Source: Azolla caroliniana | Taxonomy: Eukaryota; Plantae; Polypodiophyta | Length of the DNA stretch: 64,000 nucleotides | NCBI GenBank assembly: GCA_043228905.1 | Contig: JBHGNT010000094.1 | Coordinates: 1-64,000, forward strand | Reading direction: 5' to 3' | Made by a program: the position numbers and the translations under genes | Shown: piece after piece, positions 1 to 13,080 of the stretch | Layout of the letters: each line of letters begins with the position of its first letter | How positions within the stretch are numbered: the stretch's first letter is position 1 | The notes under the pieces: model-generated | Told to the model about the DNA's origin: nothing | Databases searched by the model: none | Seen by the model: only the letters and a program-made list of their open reading frames with translations

Positions 1-3000
1 AAGAGTTGAGCAACTTGCGACAACGCGATTTGTCGGTGGCTGATTACACCTTGAAGATCAAAGATATATGCGACTCCTTAGCCTCCATCAATGTGAATGT
101 CGAGGAAGGCGAAATGGTGTAGATCTGTCTCGGGGTACTGGCGTCGAAGTTCAGAGCATTCCGAACTATTGTGTGCACACGGGAGAATATGTCGTCGTTT
201 TTCGACCTACAATCGATGCTCCTTATAGAGGAGAACCATGCCGGTGCGTCGACGAGTACGCATGCCGATAGCAAGATGTTGTACACAGAGGGAGATAGGC
301 CCCGTGGTCGTGGCGGACGACGGGATCAAGGAAGATGGCACCGAAGTGATGCCGACGGTAAGTCCGGACCCTCCGGAAACAAGGGGAGTCGAGGCGACAA
401 GAACCAGCAAGGGAAACCCGTCACGGAATGCTGGTATTGTGGCAAGAAAGGCCACAAGGAGAGCGAGTGTTGGAAGAAGTGTGCCGATTCGGAGAAAACC
501 AGATCTAGATCCGGACAAATTGACAAAGTAAATTGGCAACGATCGCACTACGCCGAAGGATCCGAATAAGTCAAAAAGGGGGCAGCCTTCGTGACGAGAC
601 ACGAGGCGAACTCAATGAAGGAGACCACCGCGAAATCGGACGAGGTGTGGTACGTTGACTCCGGCACATCAAACCACATGACGAGCCATAAGGAGTGCTT
701 CTCATACCTTGAGAAACCGATGCAACCGGGAGTAGTCGCAACAAGAGACAACAGTCCACATCCGATCGAGAATGTCGGTGAAGTTCCCCTGAGCCATGTC
801 GAGCAAAAAGGGAAACTCATGAACGTGTTACACGTCCTGACAATCACGAAGAATCTGGTGTCGGTCGGGCAAATTGTCGACCAGGGGATGCAAGTCCGGT
901 TTGTGCATCTCGGGTGCTTCATCGAGGAGGAAGTCCAAGTTATTGCACAAGGACGCAGAGACGGGAGGATGTTTATCCTTGACACCAATGACGTTGGCAC
1001 CGCAATGTTTGCAAAAGGACAAAAAGTCGCGTTGGATATCGACTTATGGCCCAACCGGATAGGCCACGTCAACGATCAAAGGCTTCAGGACTTGCAATCG
1101 AAACAAGTTGTGTTCGGATTGCCCAAATTCAGTGGTCGGAAGGCCCAAATTTGTGAAGCCTGCGAGCTAGGGAAGCAACACCGACTTCCTTTCCTAAACG
1201 AGCGTAACTGGAGCCGGAACAAGCTCGACTTGATACATTCGGATGTATGGGGGCTGACACAGAATGTTAGTCTTCGCGGGAGTCGATATTTTGTCTCCTT
1301 CATCGACGACTACACGCAGCACATGTGGATCTATCTCACTGAAAAGAAGAGTGAAGTCTTCGACTGTTTCTAATACCTCAAAAGCTTCGTAGAAAGGGAA
1401 AAAGGGAGAAAGATCAAGTGCCTACGGTCGAATGGCGGAAAAGAGTACTTTTCCGGACAATTCAACAGTTATTTGTAACAAATGGGAATTCAGCACGAAT
1501 TTAGTTGCAAGTATACGCTGGAGCAAAACGGCGTAGCTGAAAGGAAAAATCGGTCGGTTGTGGAAGCGGCATGGGCAATGCTGGAAGAAAAGAGCTCGCC
1601 CAAGTTCTATTGGGCCGAGGCGATATGAACCGCGGTCTACATCCAAAATCGGATCAGAGACAAAGTGTCGACGCATGAGCTGTATTTCGGAAGAAAGCCG
1701 AATCTACGACACTTGAGAGTTTTCGGTAGCATTGCGTATGTGCATGTGCCGAAGGAGAAACGGAGGAAGTTGGACGCGAAAGCTGAGAAGTGTATCTTGG
1801 TAGGCTATTCGGATGAACAGAAGGGTTATAAGTGTTATAACCCCCAAACCAAACAAGCTCACGTGAGCCGTGATGTTGTGTTTAACGAGTCCGTGTCCTA
1901 GTACTTGCCTCCGACTCTGGACCTCAACTCCAACCTCGGATCTCCGGACCCGAGTTTTGATGATGAGGTCAACGAGGTTGAAATGCCTCCGGATGACCGC
2001 GAAATCAAGACCCTCGATGAGAGTCCGATTTCATTTCGGCTAAGTGGACCGAACGAGCGATTGGGTCGGTTTGACCAGTCCGAAGAAGAGCCGGCGAGCA
2101 GTGGAAACTCGACCATGCATTCCCCGCGCAGGAAGCCGAGGAGACGGTTTACACGCAAAGAAAAAGGGAAGAAGAAGATGTCGGAGTACGGCACGGATAA
2201 GGGTGCGTCAGATCAACGTGAATCCGACTCCGAGAGGAGCGAGGATGGGCCTTCGAGAGAGAAGTCTGTGTCGACCAAGAAAGCCTCAACATCGGCTAAT
2301 GAGCAATTACGTCGATCTACCCGCCAGAAGAACCCTGTTGTGCGGTTCAGATACAATGAGTACATGGCGCATCACTATGTGTACATGATGCGTGTAACAG
2401 AAGTGCGTGAGCCGGAGAGCTACATAGAAGCGGCGAAGGACGCAAATTGGCGTGTCGCAATGGAGGAAGAGATGCGCGCATTGGCGGAAAATGAAACTTG
2501 GGACCTGGTTGACGCACCGAAGGGTGTAAAGCCGATCGGATGTAGGTGGGTGTACAAGATCAAGTACAACACCGACGGCTCTGTCAACCGATACAAGGCC
2601 CGATTAGTAGCGAAAGGCTACGCGCAACAACACGGTATCGACTATGACAAGACCTTCGCACCTGTCACGAAGATGACTACCGTGCGTGTTCTGCTAGCCG
2701 TAGCAGCGGCAAAGGGGTGGCATTTACATCAAATGGATGTCAAGAATGCGTTCCTGCAAGGCGAGCTTGAGGAACATGTGTACATGGTACAACACCCCGG
2801 ATTTCACTCCGGAATGAACACTTCGGCGGTCTGCCAGTTGAAGAAGTTCCTTTACGAACTAAAGCAAGCCCCACATGCTTGATAAATCACGCAGCGATTG
2901 CGTCGGATGGGATTTGCGACGTCTAAATCGGACTCTTCACTGTTCATTCGGCAAGGTCGACTCGGGTCGGTTAGTATTTTACTCTATGTTGATGACTTGG

Positions 3001-3759
3001 TCATCACCGGCGCCGACCTAGGTGAAATTGACCGCATAAAGCTCCAACTCGCGGCATCATTTTACATGGACCTGGGGGACCTTCATTACTTCCTCGGGAT
3101 TGAAGTGATCCATACCCCCGAAGGCATACTAATCAACCAACGATATTAAATGTTGGGTATGCTCTTCAAGTTCGGGATGGCTGACTGTAAGTCCGTCTCG
3201 ACTCCTCTGGGATAGAACCATCAAGCTTCGCCCCGACTCCGGAAAGGTTTGTGACCCAAAGAGGTTCCAACAGATTGTTGGAAGCCTCATCTACTTGACT
3301 ATCACTCGACCAGACCTCAGTTACCCGGTCGGTGTGATTAGTCAGTTCATGGCGCGGCCAACCGAGGAGCACCTTCAATGCGCACAACGCGTACTCCGGT
3401 ACATCAGTGACACTAAGGACCGGGGGCTACTATATCAGACTGATATTGCCGCGCAGTTAGTCGGTTACACCGATGCTGATTGGGCCAGAAACGTCGGCGA
3501 TCGCCGATCCACATCCGGATTCGCGTTATCTCTTGGGAGAGTTGCGATGCGTGGAGTAGCAAGAAGCAGCCAACAGTTGCATTGTCGAGCACCGAAGCCG
3601 AGTATAGAGGAGCGGTTGCCGCAACATGCGAAGCCATCTAGCTGAAACGACTACTTAAGGATCTGCAGGTGGAGGTGTCCGATCCGACGATGATCTACTA
3701 TGACAACCTCAGCAGCATCCAGTTAGTGAAGAAGCTTGTCTTCCACGCCCGTTAGTGAA

Positions 3760-3784
3760 AAACCCTAAACCCTAAACCCTAAAC
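3760..3784. repeat. Three Arabidopsis-type telomere units (AAACCCT)x3
   Basis: AAACCCTAAACCCTAAACCCTAAAC just after the truncated RNase H of element K. Confidence 0.85.
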
Positions 3785-4256
3785 TGAGGGCCAAGCGAAA
3801 GAAAGGGCAGCCGAAGAGGCGCCAACACCGCGATAACAAGGGAGCTGAGAAGGGCCGCACAAGCATACACACCAATCGGAAGGTCGAGGAGCACAAGCGA
3901 GGCGTGAAGCTAGAAGAAACCGAAGTGGTTATCCGGAAGAACTAGAAGAGCCTCAAGTTGAGCTTGAGGGGGAGTGTTGAGATACAAGCTCAACATTGGC
4001 CGGATTGGCTGTGCAAGCCGAGAACTGGATCGGTAGGGACCGATCAGTTAGGCCGAACCGGTGCGTAAACCGGTATATAACGAGAAGCCATAGCGATGCG
4101 TAAACCGCGAGGCTGTTAGAAAGATATTCCGCGTAGGAATATATTTTGGGAGTTTGTGTAGAGCTCATTTATGAGCATTGAAGTACGTGTCAATACTTCT
4201 GTCAATCCGTATGAACTTGTATAATAGTGCTCACTAAGCACATCCTATGTACAGAT

Positions 4257-4910
4257 TGTTGAAGGCAATGCTCGGCCACAACCGAGGAATAGGATTAACT
4301 CACAGAAAACAGGAAATACAAAATGCACGAAGTCAATGGAGAGAAGAGTACACTGGATGTTTTACGTGGAAAACCCTAAATGGGAAAAAACCACGGGAGT
4401 CCTCAAACTCCAACTATCACTACAAACAGAGATGTACAATGGTGAAGCTACAAGGCAACAACCTTGAGCTCACTGTCTTCGCCACAGGCGGCGGTAATAC
4501 ACAGAGGCAACGACCTCTTCGTCTCTCTCTCTCTCTCTCTCTCTGCTGCTCACTTAGCTCCCTCTAAGTGGAAAACCAGAAAATGAGTAACAACAGCAAA
4601 AACTGTTTGCCCTAAGTCATATTTATACACATATGACTTTCGGGCTACTTACAAATATAGCCTCGAGGGCCCTTGGCAAACATATTCACAAATATGTCCC
4701 CGCATCCGGATCTCTCTCCGGGTACATTCGTCATCCGGCTCCGTAGCCGGGGTCTTCATCATCCGGATCCGAAACCGGGGTCTTCATCATCCGGCTCCGT
4801 AGCCGGGGTCTTCATCATCCGGATCCGAAACCGGGTACTCCTCATTCGGGTCTTCATTCCCGATTCCCGGACATCCGACCATCCCATCCGGAGGGACCGT
4901 AATCCCAACA
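4257..4910 (-). mobile_element. Solo LTR (copia, E/H-related family) inserted in the 3' LTR of element K
   Basis: TGTTG...CAACA ends; 5-bp TSD CAGAT (4252-4256 and 4911-4915); shares the TGGAAAACCCTAAATGGGAAAAAACCAC and CCGGAGGGACC blocks with the LTR at 58219-58832. Confidence 0.92.
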
Positions 4911-5436
4911 CAGATTGAGTATTATTTTTTAATAGAGTTGTGTGTATTGACTCTCTCTCTGTCTCTCCCGCGTACTCTGTGTGTGTGTGTGTGTCCAAGC
5001 TCTCCATTAAACTTGTGTTTTCCTACGTTCTGCTTTCTGTTGCTTCCGCACGTTGTTCTTTTTACACGTCATAATTGGAATATGTGCAACGCTTTTGTAT
5101 TCGATGGTAGACATGGAGTGAAAGCATATCTACGAAAGTTGAAGAGAGTACTAATGTGACAATTTTCTTTATTGGAGCAAGTGGAAATCCTTTCATCGGT
5201 GGAATGTTCGTATTGCCTATTGGCAATTCAACATCTTCCATTACCCATGTAGTGTAGTGTAGTTAGTGGGTGACCATACTTCATGGTCACACCCATTGTA
5301 AGTAGTGTTTTTTACACACATTTATATTATATTTATTAATATAATTGTTTGTTATCACCCAAAAAATTAAAGAAAAAAGAGAGCTAAACCAACAAACCCC
5401 TAAACCAAGAGACCTTCAACTTACAAGTTACCACAA

Positions 5437-5438
<2 letters not shown>

Positions 5439-5470
<32 letters not shown>
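5439..5470. promoter_or_regulatory. (CT)n/GAGA tract in the promoter or 5' UTR of the response regulator
   Basis: About 16 CT units ~200 bp upstream of ATG 5671. GAGA tracts are known BBR/BPC binding sites in plants; function here is untested. Confidence 0.45.
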
Positions 5471-5472
<2 letters not shown>

Positions 5473-5670
5473 AGCCCTCTGATGAACCTCTGTTTCTTTG
5501 TCCTGTCTTATGTACCCCCCCCCTCTTTCTTCTGATTTCTCTCTCTGAAGCTTTGGCTGTATTGTAAGCTCCTCTCCTTATACATACGCATTCGTGTGTT
5601 CTTCCTCTGTTTCTCTTTTCCTCTTGAGTTCTGTTTTGTTTTCTGTCTTTGCTTCCCAAGGCGATCGAAA

Positions 5671-5941
5671 ATGGCGGAACACCACCACCAAGAAGAGCAG
5701 GGTTGCGTACTGCCTGTATTGAATGGGCCAGAAACCATGGAAAAAGCGATGAAAAGCAAGGATGATCAAGTTGAAGATGGAAATGATGGTTCTTCTTCTT
5801 CTTCTTCTTCTTCTTCTCCTTCCTCCCCTCTTCCTATCCATGTTCTTGTGGTAGACGACAGCCCAATCGATCGGAAAATCATTGAAAAACTGTTAACGAA
5901 AGCAGCTGCCTACAAAGGTATCTGTACATTCCATCTCTCAT

Positions 5942-5994
<53 letters not shown>

Positions 5995-7805
5995 GAAGAT
6001 TCTCGCCTGGTTATGAAAGAAGGAAAAGAGCCCAATTTCCCTCCTGTTTCTATACAATGTACAACCAGTACTACGAACTTCTACATACCTAGGTGGGAGG
6101 CACCTATTTGAATATGCAATCAAGGCTTCATTTTGTCAGGTTTTGGGAAAGAAAGAGAGACAAATGACCCACTTCCAGTTCATGTTTTTTTTTTTGCATA
6201 CATCGTTTAACCATTATGAGGTTTATTAGGGTTTATCGTTTAAGGTTCACATGGTTCTTAAATTAGGTAATATCTTTGACGTAATTGTCTCCTTAGCACA
6301 AGAGTAACTAAATTTCTCTCTCTAAATATACACAAATCCTGGTTCTCTATCTACAGCCATGGGGACTATCACCTTTAGCTTATGCTATGTTGATACACCT
6401 AACTACTCTATGAAGAGTTAATCAAGCCTAGAGGAAACTTGTTACCCCTTTGTGGTGTAGTTATTGCATGCGTGTATCTGCAACAGTTGAGTTAATTGCA
6501 CTGGGACACAAATTTGTTAAGAATATCTCTTCTTTTGCGTGCTATATGTTATGCCATGTTTTGTTCATGGATCTCTTTCAAATTGTGGGCTTACAGTCAC
6601 AGCCGTGGACAGTGGAAGAAAAGCTTTGGAAGTACTTGACTCTGTAAACAACAATGTAATGTTTAAACTCTATTTCTATTGGCAATATGAGCACAGATTT
6701 CTTTGTTCTTTTATTTCCTCTTTGGAGAGTTCATTGATTTTGCTTAACTACAACAAGTGAGTCTTTTATCAAAAGCAAAATAACTTTTTATTTTTATTTT
6801 TAAACAGATTGATTTGATATTTACTGATTACTGTATGCCGGAGATGTCAGGGTACAAGCTTCTTCGACAAATCAAGGTAGTTTTCCATTATTTTGTTGTT
6901 ATGTCTTGATTATTAAAATCCTTGCTAATTATTTCATTGGCCTGGATGTGATTTTCATTCATCACGTCATCTCATTGCAGGAGTCGAATGTGTATGGAGA
7001 TATACCTGTCGTAATAATGTCATCTGAAAATGTTCCAAGCCGCATTGAAAGGTGAGATAATAAAATATAAAATTGATTAATTTATTATTGTCTTTATCTG
7101 TCACATTTTCATGGTTATTTATTGCTTGTTTCAATAATGTCTGTAGATGTTGATATTCTAAGCTTTATGAAAGTGTGTAAATGTTGTTTCGATATTTTTT
7201 TTAGGTGTGAACATTTTGAACTTTGTGAATGTTTTCTACTGCTTGTTTCAATAGTTTGTTTGGATGCTGTATTTTGAACTTTATGACAGTGTTTATAATG
7301 TTGTTACCATTGCTTACTGTTGTATTTCAAATCTCAAAACATGAACAATCTTTATGAAGATTAGACAGATAGAGCCATCACATTAGACTTGAACCGACAA
7401 CCTTAAATTGTTATTAAAGCATAAGCTTTACCACTAGTGACATACATCTTCATGTATATACTTTTTAGCTTAAGCATAAGCTGTACCACTATAAATTATG
7501 ATTTTGTTATGGGATATATAAAATCATTTCTTTCATATTGCATGTTAGCATTTACTGTCTTGCTTCTTTTTTATTTCTCATGGATCTCCAGATGTTTGAA
7601 GGATGGAGCGGAGGAGTTCATTTTAAAGCCAGTATGTGCAGCTGATGCACGAAAGCTATCCTCATTTGTGCATAATAAGCCACTGAAGCTGCAGAGCACT
7701 GTGGAGCAACCCCCCTCTGTCATATCCAAAAATAAAAGGAAGTTTTCCTCTGATGGATTTCAAACAGAAGCGAGGCTGAGATTAAGTGGTGTTATTGTTG
7801 CTTGA
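5671..7805 (+). CDS. ARR: Type-A two-component (cytokinin) response regulator, 5 exons, 219 aa
   Basis: Exons 5671-5917, 6597-6655, 6808-6876, 6981-7051, 7592-7805; all introns GT-AG, phases consistent (660 nt). Receiver motifs HVLVVDDSPIDRK, VTAVDSGRKAL, IFTDYCMPEMSGY (phospho-acceptor D), IPVVIMSSENVPSRI, RCLKDGAEEFILKP. Short basic C-tail (NKRK) and no GARP/Myb domain, hence type-A. Confidence 0.96.
5942..5992. repeat. Compound (CT)n(AC)n microsatellite in intron 1 of the response regulator
   Basis: Direct reading of the sequence. Confidence 0.9.
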
Positions 7806-7949
7806 GAAGTTTTGAGAAAGCCCAACGAGGTATTCAATAAAGTCCTTCGATTCAATTCCTCTGTTTTCAATATTTATCGGCATTTGTTGAAGAAAAAAGT
7901 GCCATTCTGGTATGGACACCAAGAGCATGGAGACGAAAGTCTCTATGTT

Positions 7950-9171
7950 AATGTCAGATGCTTCCCACGTAAAGTTGGAAGAGGTGAGAACAAGAACAGT
8001 TCAGTAAAAGCTGGAAATCCAATGACGACTCCTTTCGACTGCATTCCTTTGAGCTTTTGGAGATTGATGTGGCCGATTCGTTTGTGCCACAACTCTACGG
8101 CGGTGTCGGCTTTACGACCCTTGGCATACATTGCCGATTTCATCTGATAAGAGTCAAGGATGAATATTCGACCTTCTCTTCGATCACGAGTGATAATTTG
8201 GCCTTCCTTTTCGATGAAGTATCCTCCATCGTTGAACCGGACTTGCATGCCTTGTTTCACGATTTGGTCGATCGAGACCAGATTCTTCGTTATTGTTGGA
8301 ACATGTAAGACATTTTTGATGTAGGTCTGATTGCCCTCTTCGTTGAATGAGACATTGTTGACATGCTGAATCGGGCATTGCCAACATAGTCGGGTTGATT
8401 GGGTTTTCGGAATTCTCGAAACCAATCTACATGAGACGTCATGTGATTTGACGCACCCAAATCGACAAACCATACATCTTCGGAAGTGGAGGTGCTGGTC
8501 GAACACGATTCCTTCATCGAATTTGCTCTATGCCACATCAGGAACATTCCTCCATGATCGTCGAAGTCAGAATTTGAGGCGTAATTTGTGAGTTGTTGGC
8601 TCGTGAATGCTGTCTCACTTTTCTTTTTCCGACACTCTGCCTTGTAGTGGTCAAATTTGCCACAATATTCGCAATGGACAGAGTTGTTCTGTTGGCTGGG
8701 TCTATCATGATTGCTCCCCCTTCTACCCAAGGCTCCTCCTCACATGTTCGTGACATCTTGTCGATAATAGAACTTGTGCTCATGGGACTACCCTTGGTTG
8801 TGTTTGCCTTGCTCGAATCAGCCTCTTCTGCCACCACCTTGTCCTCTTACTCCATCTGAGTTCGAATAGAGCATGTCTACGTCGTGCACATTGATCCTTG
8901 TTCGGACGTGGTTTTCTTTGACTAGTAACATTGACTGGAGATCAAAGGAGGGAGGTTTCTCTCTTGCGAGAACAGTCGACCTTATTGTGCCAAACCAAGG
9001 TGCCAAGCCTACGAGACATATCTGCACCATTTCATTGTCGTCAATGCTGGCATTGGTCGACCCAAGGGCATCACACAACTCCTTGATCGTCAAGGTGTAA
9101 CTGCTGATTGACATGTCCCTCTGTTGAATACTGTTCAACTCTTGACGGAGTTGAAGCTTGCGAGTTGCCGT
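7950..9171 (-). pseudogene. Copia element I, downstream part (gag C-half, Zn knuckle, protease, GAG-pre-integrase), truncated
   Basis: Minus ORFs with RKLQLRQEL, CEYCGKFDHYKAEC, VWFVDLGASNHM, LWHKRIGH; similar to element K; gag continues at 60309. Confidence 0.9.
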
Positions 9172-10395
9172 TGTCATGAAGATTTTCGGCAACGGTGTGA
9201 AAATTGCATGGAATGTACAAAATCGAGTGTGGTTCTTCACACACAATATGAAACAATAATAATGAAGATATTATTTTATATCTTGGTACGAAAAGATGGA
9301 TGTCTTCAAGAGCTTCTGAATCCATTTTACTACATGTGAAATGGAAAACTTAGTGTCAAGTTATGTGAGTGTAAAGTTTGAGAAGAAGAAGAGAAAAACA
9401 AAAACTGTGAGATATCCCACATAGATAGGACAAATCAGGATCCCACGATATATAACCAGAGCCAAAACTTATTACTTTTTATCTATGAGTGGAACACATA
9501 ATGTTCTTGGCTATACTGTGGCTTAACTACTTGTAATGGTTTTGGTGGAACTGAAATCGGAACTAGACGGCCACAACGATGGAACCGAAACCGGCACCGA
9601 ACGGCAACGAAACCGGAATCGGAACGGACGGATGGCAATGGAACCAAAACCGACATCGAAACCGGAACCGAAACGGATAGACCGGATCACCGGGTCGGAA
9701 GCGGACCAGATAGACAGATCGATCGGATAGGTTGATCGTGACGATTTCGGTGTGAAAAGAACAAAATCATCCAGACTAAAAAACCTATTAGAAATTTGTA
9801 ATCAAAGGGATGCAAGCAAGGCTTGAAACTTGCACCTCCAAGATAGGAGGCAATGAACTTACCACTAAGCCAAGTCATGTCTTTATAAATGTTTTTACTA
9901 TCATTATATGTTCACATGTAAATTTTCATGTTAGAGCTCGATTGAGTGACATGGTTATCATGCATGACATGTAATACATGAGCGCCAAGTGGCAAACATG
10001 CATCTCATGCATGTCTTGCACCCTCACAAGCATCATATGCATGGGGGCATCTATAAAAGAGTGGATGGAGAGGGAAAACGGGCTAGGTATTAATCAAGCA
10101 AGCTTTGTACTTGATATCAAAATTAATATTAGGAAGAAAATTCGTTATCCTTTTGATGATATACCTTGTTCTTCAAATCTAAAGACAAGAGTTCAATCTT
10201 AATCTCTCTTTCTATTTCAATCGTTCTGAATCTATTTCAAAATTGGAATCTTAATCTTAATCTCTCTCTCTCTCTCTCTCTCAATCTATCTTAAATCCTT
10301 TCTCACTAAAGCTAGTGCGTACTTCGAGTCCTTCCGGTCTAGAAGCCCGACGGTTCCGCCTCACGATCTGCACATAGTGACGGATCTTCACGACA
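9172..10395 (+). repeat. 5' LTR of gypsy A
   Basis: Direct repeat of 59109-60308; followed by the PBS. Confidence 0.95.
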
Positions 10396-10402
10396 TCTTA
10401 AG

Positions 10403-10420
10403 TGGTGAACCCGACGTGAA
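10403..10420 (+). other. Primer binding site complementary to tRNA-Trp (also at 13736-13753 and 32734-32751)
   Basis: TGGTGAACCCGACGTGAA matches the reverse complement of the plant cytosolic tRNA-Trp 3' end (...UUCACGUCGGGUUCACCA, recalled rather than searched); lies 4-7 nt after the LTR in A, B and D. Confidence 0.85.
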
Positions 10421-12649
10421 AGAGGTGGCAGGAAGGATCAAGTCAAGAATCAACCGATACTTGGAGATGGCGTCCTCAAGCAATCAAGTGAGAGAGTTCG
10501 AAAGGATGATGCTGATCGTCGAACAAATGATGAGATCTCAAGACAATGATGCGAGCATGGAGAAGGTTGTCGACCGTGTCGTGGAGGTCGAGGGTCAATT
10601 TAATGGAAGGAACATTAGGAAGTTCCTTGATGCATACAAAAGGGAGATGAATCAGAGGGACGTGTTTGAAGTGCGTCAAATCACAAGTTTCAAGAGAGTG
10701 GTCGCCAACAACATCCAAAGGCGCGTCATTGAGCTTCAAGAAGGGAAGACAACGTGGTCGGAGTTCGAGAAAGCGATATTAGCGGAGTTCGCAACAGAAG
10801 ATTTGTCGAGGACGACTCCACATGTCTTGATGAAGTGGATAGAGAAGAAGAATAAGAAGATGAGCGCTTCGAGGGTGTACGACGAGTTCGACCAGATGTA
10901 TAGTTGCCTCTTGGCCACAGATCCTCTGCTACTTTAGGAGGACAAAACTTTGTACTTCCTAAAGGCTGTGGATACAAAGGAGAGACGAGAACTGGGTACT
11001 CTCCTCGAAGATGATACCCAAGTGAACAGGCTTTTCACGGACTGGGTTGCGGTGAAGCGAGCATGCAATAGGCTTGACAAGCCTCGTTAGTGGGTTGATG
11101 ACACCGACTTGGCGGGATTGATTGTCGCGGAGAAAACAAGACAACCGAAAGTAGTTGAGCCGTCCAAACAAAGCATCCCGGAAGAAAAGAAGATTGATGA
11201 TGACATCATTGAAGAACTGGCGAAGAAGTTCGAGATGGTTACACTAGCGAACATGAATCATTGGGGCCCGAAAGGAAAAGAACCCTTTAGATGTGTGTGG
11301 TGCTACAACTTGGACCACAAGAGAAGGGAGTGCACAAGCCTTCGGGAGGACATCTGACAAAATATCGTATACATGGATGACAACATGATCTGCTCGACTG
11401 AAACTCGAAGACCCCTGCAGGTGAATTTCGGAAGGGGGGGAATGAAGAAATCTATGGAAGATGCTGAGGCGACTCATGTGGATGCGATACACTATGCTGC
11501 ATCGGCTGGAATTAGAGTCGGAAAAAATAAAAATGAAACTGCTAGAACGGGAACAAAGTTCTGGTCTACCGTTGTCGTGCCTTTCGACTCCGGATCATTG
11601 CGTGAGTCGGGTGGGAACCGCTGGGGTTTTGGACTAGGAGGAAAGAAAATTCTAAGGCAATTAAGAATATGAAATATATTGTAAGAAAGAAATATTTGAT
11701 TGAATATGAGATAAGGTTCCTTATGAATCGATTGCAAGAAAGAGAAATATTTGAAAGAAGATATGAAACTCGTGAATCTCACGAGTATAGTGTATTAATT
11801 GATACTTAGAATGTAAGAGAGAAATAGATGGAAAAAAATCGTGAATCCCACGAATATATTAGATTGATCAAAATCCTTGTAAAATAATCAACAACCTCTA
11901 TACATGTTTCTCTCTTCCTTATATAGTATTGGAAGAGTCTAAGTTTATCACATGCAAGCATCATGCTTTTTCTATCTTTAGTTTTCATGCACATTACATG
12001 TGCATGATTAGCTTTCTATCTCATCTTTTCTTTTAACTCGAGTGTCTATGCATGAATAACTTTTTGTACCATGCATGTCTAGAAATTTTACATGGGATAA
12101 AGTTTAGTATAACTTTAAAATTCATAATACGCTAGTATAATGATAAGGTTTAACATTATTAACATGGAGGTGCAAGGTTCGAATCTTGGCCTATGCATGT
12201 AATATATATATTTTTTATACTTTCTTCTATTTACAAATATGTCTCTTTATCCGGTGAGAGACTCTCACCGACCTTCTTCATCCGGCTCTTTCCGGTTCTG
12301 CTTCATCCGGTGCTTGCTAGTTTTCTTTGTCCGGTGTCGTGTGAATCTTCACACACTATGTAAAAAAAATAATGAAATAATTATTATAGATTAGATTAGT
12401 AGCTTACTATAGAAAGATGGATATACTCAAGAGCTTCCAAACGTATTTTACTATATACAAAATGGAGAAATACATATTAAGTTATGTGAAAATAAAGTTT
12501 GAGAAGATAGGAAAATTAGAACTATCCCACATAGATAGGAAACTTAAGGCCCTGGCTATATAAGCACCTTGAGCTCACTCATTCTTCATTTGTTCTAAGA
12601 GCACTTTGGCCACCTTGTCTTGATGGATGATGGTGGCCAAATTCCCTAA

Positions 12650-13080
12650 ATCCGGAAACTGGCCGGTAAACAAATCCGGAAACTGGTCGGTAAGCAAATT
12701 CGGAAATCAGTTGGTATGCAAATTGGAAACCGGCCGGTATGCAAAACCGGAACCGGAAACCGGAAACCGGCCGGTAAGCAAATCTGGAAACCGGTTGGTA
12801 TGCAAACCGGAAACTGGTCGGTATGCAAAACCGGAACCGGAACCGGCAAGCAAAACCGGAACTAGAACCGGCAAGCAAAACTAGAACTGATTGGCAAGTA
12901 AAATCAGAACCGATCGGTAAGCAAAACTGGAACTGGAACCGGTATGCAAACCGGAATCGGCCGGTAAGCAAAACCGGAACCGATTTACAAGCAAAACCGG
13001 AACCGGCCGGCAAGCAAAACCGGAATTGGAACCGGCAAGAAAACCGGAACCGGTCGGCAAGCAAATGGAACCGGCCGGCG
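12650..13080. repeat. AACCGG-rich minisatellite in the B LTR (shorter inverted copy at ~20175-20375)
   Basis: Repeated GCAAAACCGGAACCGG / CCGGTAAGCAAATCCGGAAA units. Confidence 0.85.

Larger units (their letters stand above)
1..5066 (+). mobile_element. Degenerate Ty1/copia LTR retrotransposon (element K), 5' part outside window
   Basis: Copia domain order across broken ORFs: gag Zn knuckle CWYCGKKGHKESEC (171-569), protease WYVDSGTSNHM plus GAG-pre-integrase and integrase (591-1901), RT with KARLVAKG and LLYVDD (1905-3149), RNase H GYTDADW (3295-3750). PPT GAGGGGGAG at 3966-3974. The 3' LTR starts TGTTGAG at 3975 and probably ends TTTACA at ~5066, interrupted by a solo LTR. Many stops and frameshifts. 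Confidence 0.93.

Noticed and set aside
5596-6111. 171-aa ORF taken as a complete gene
   Set aside because: It is exon 1 of the response regulator read on into the intron-1 microsatellite; the real start is ATG 5671
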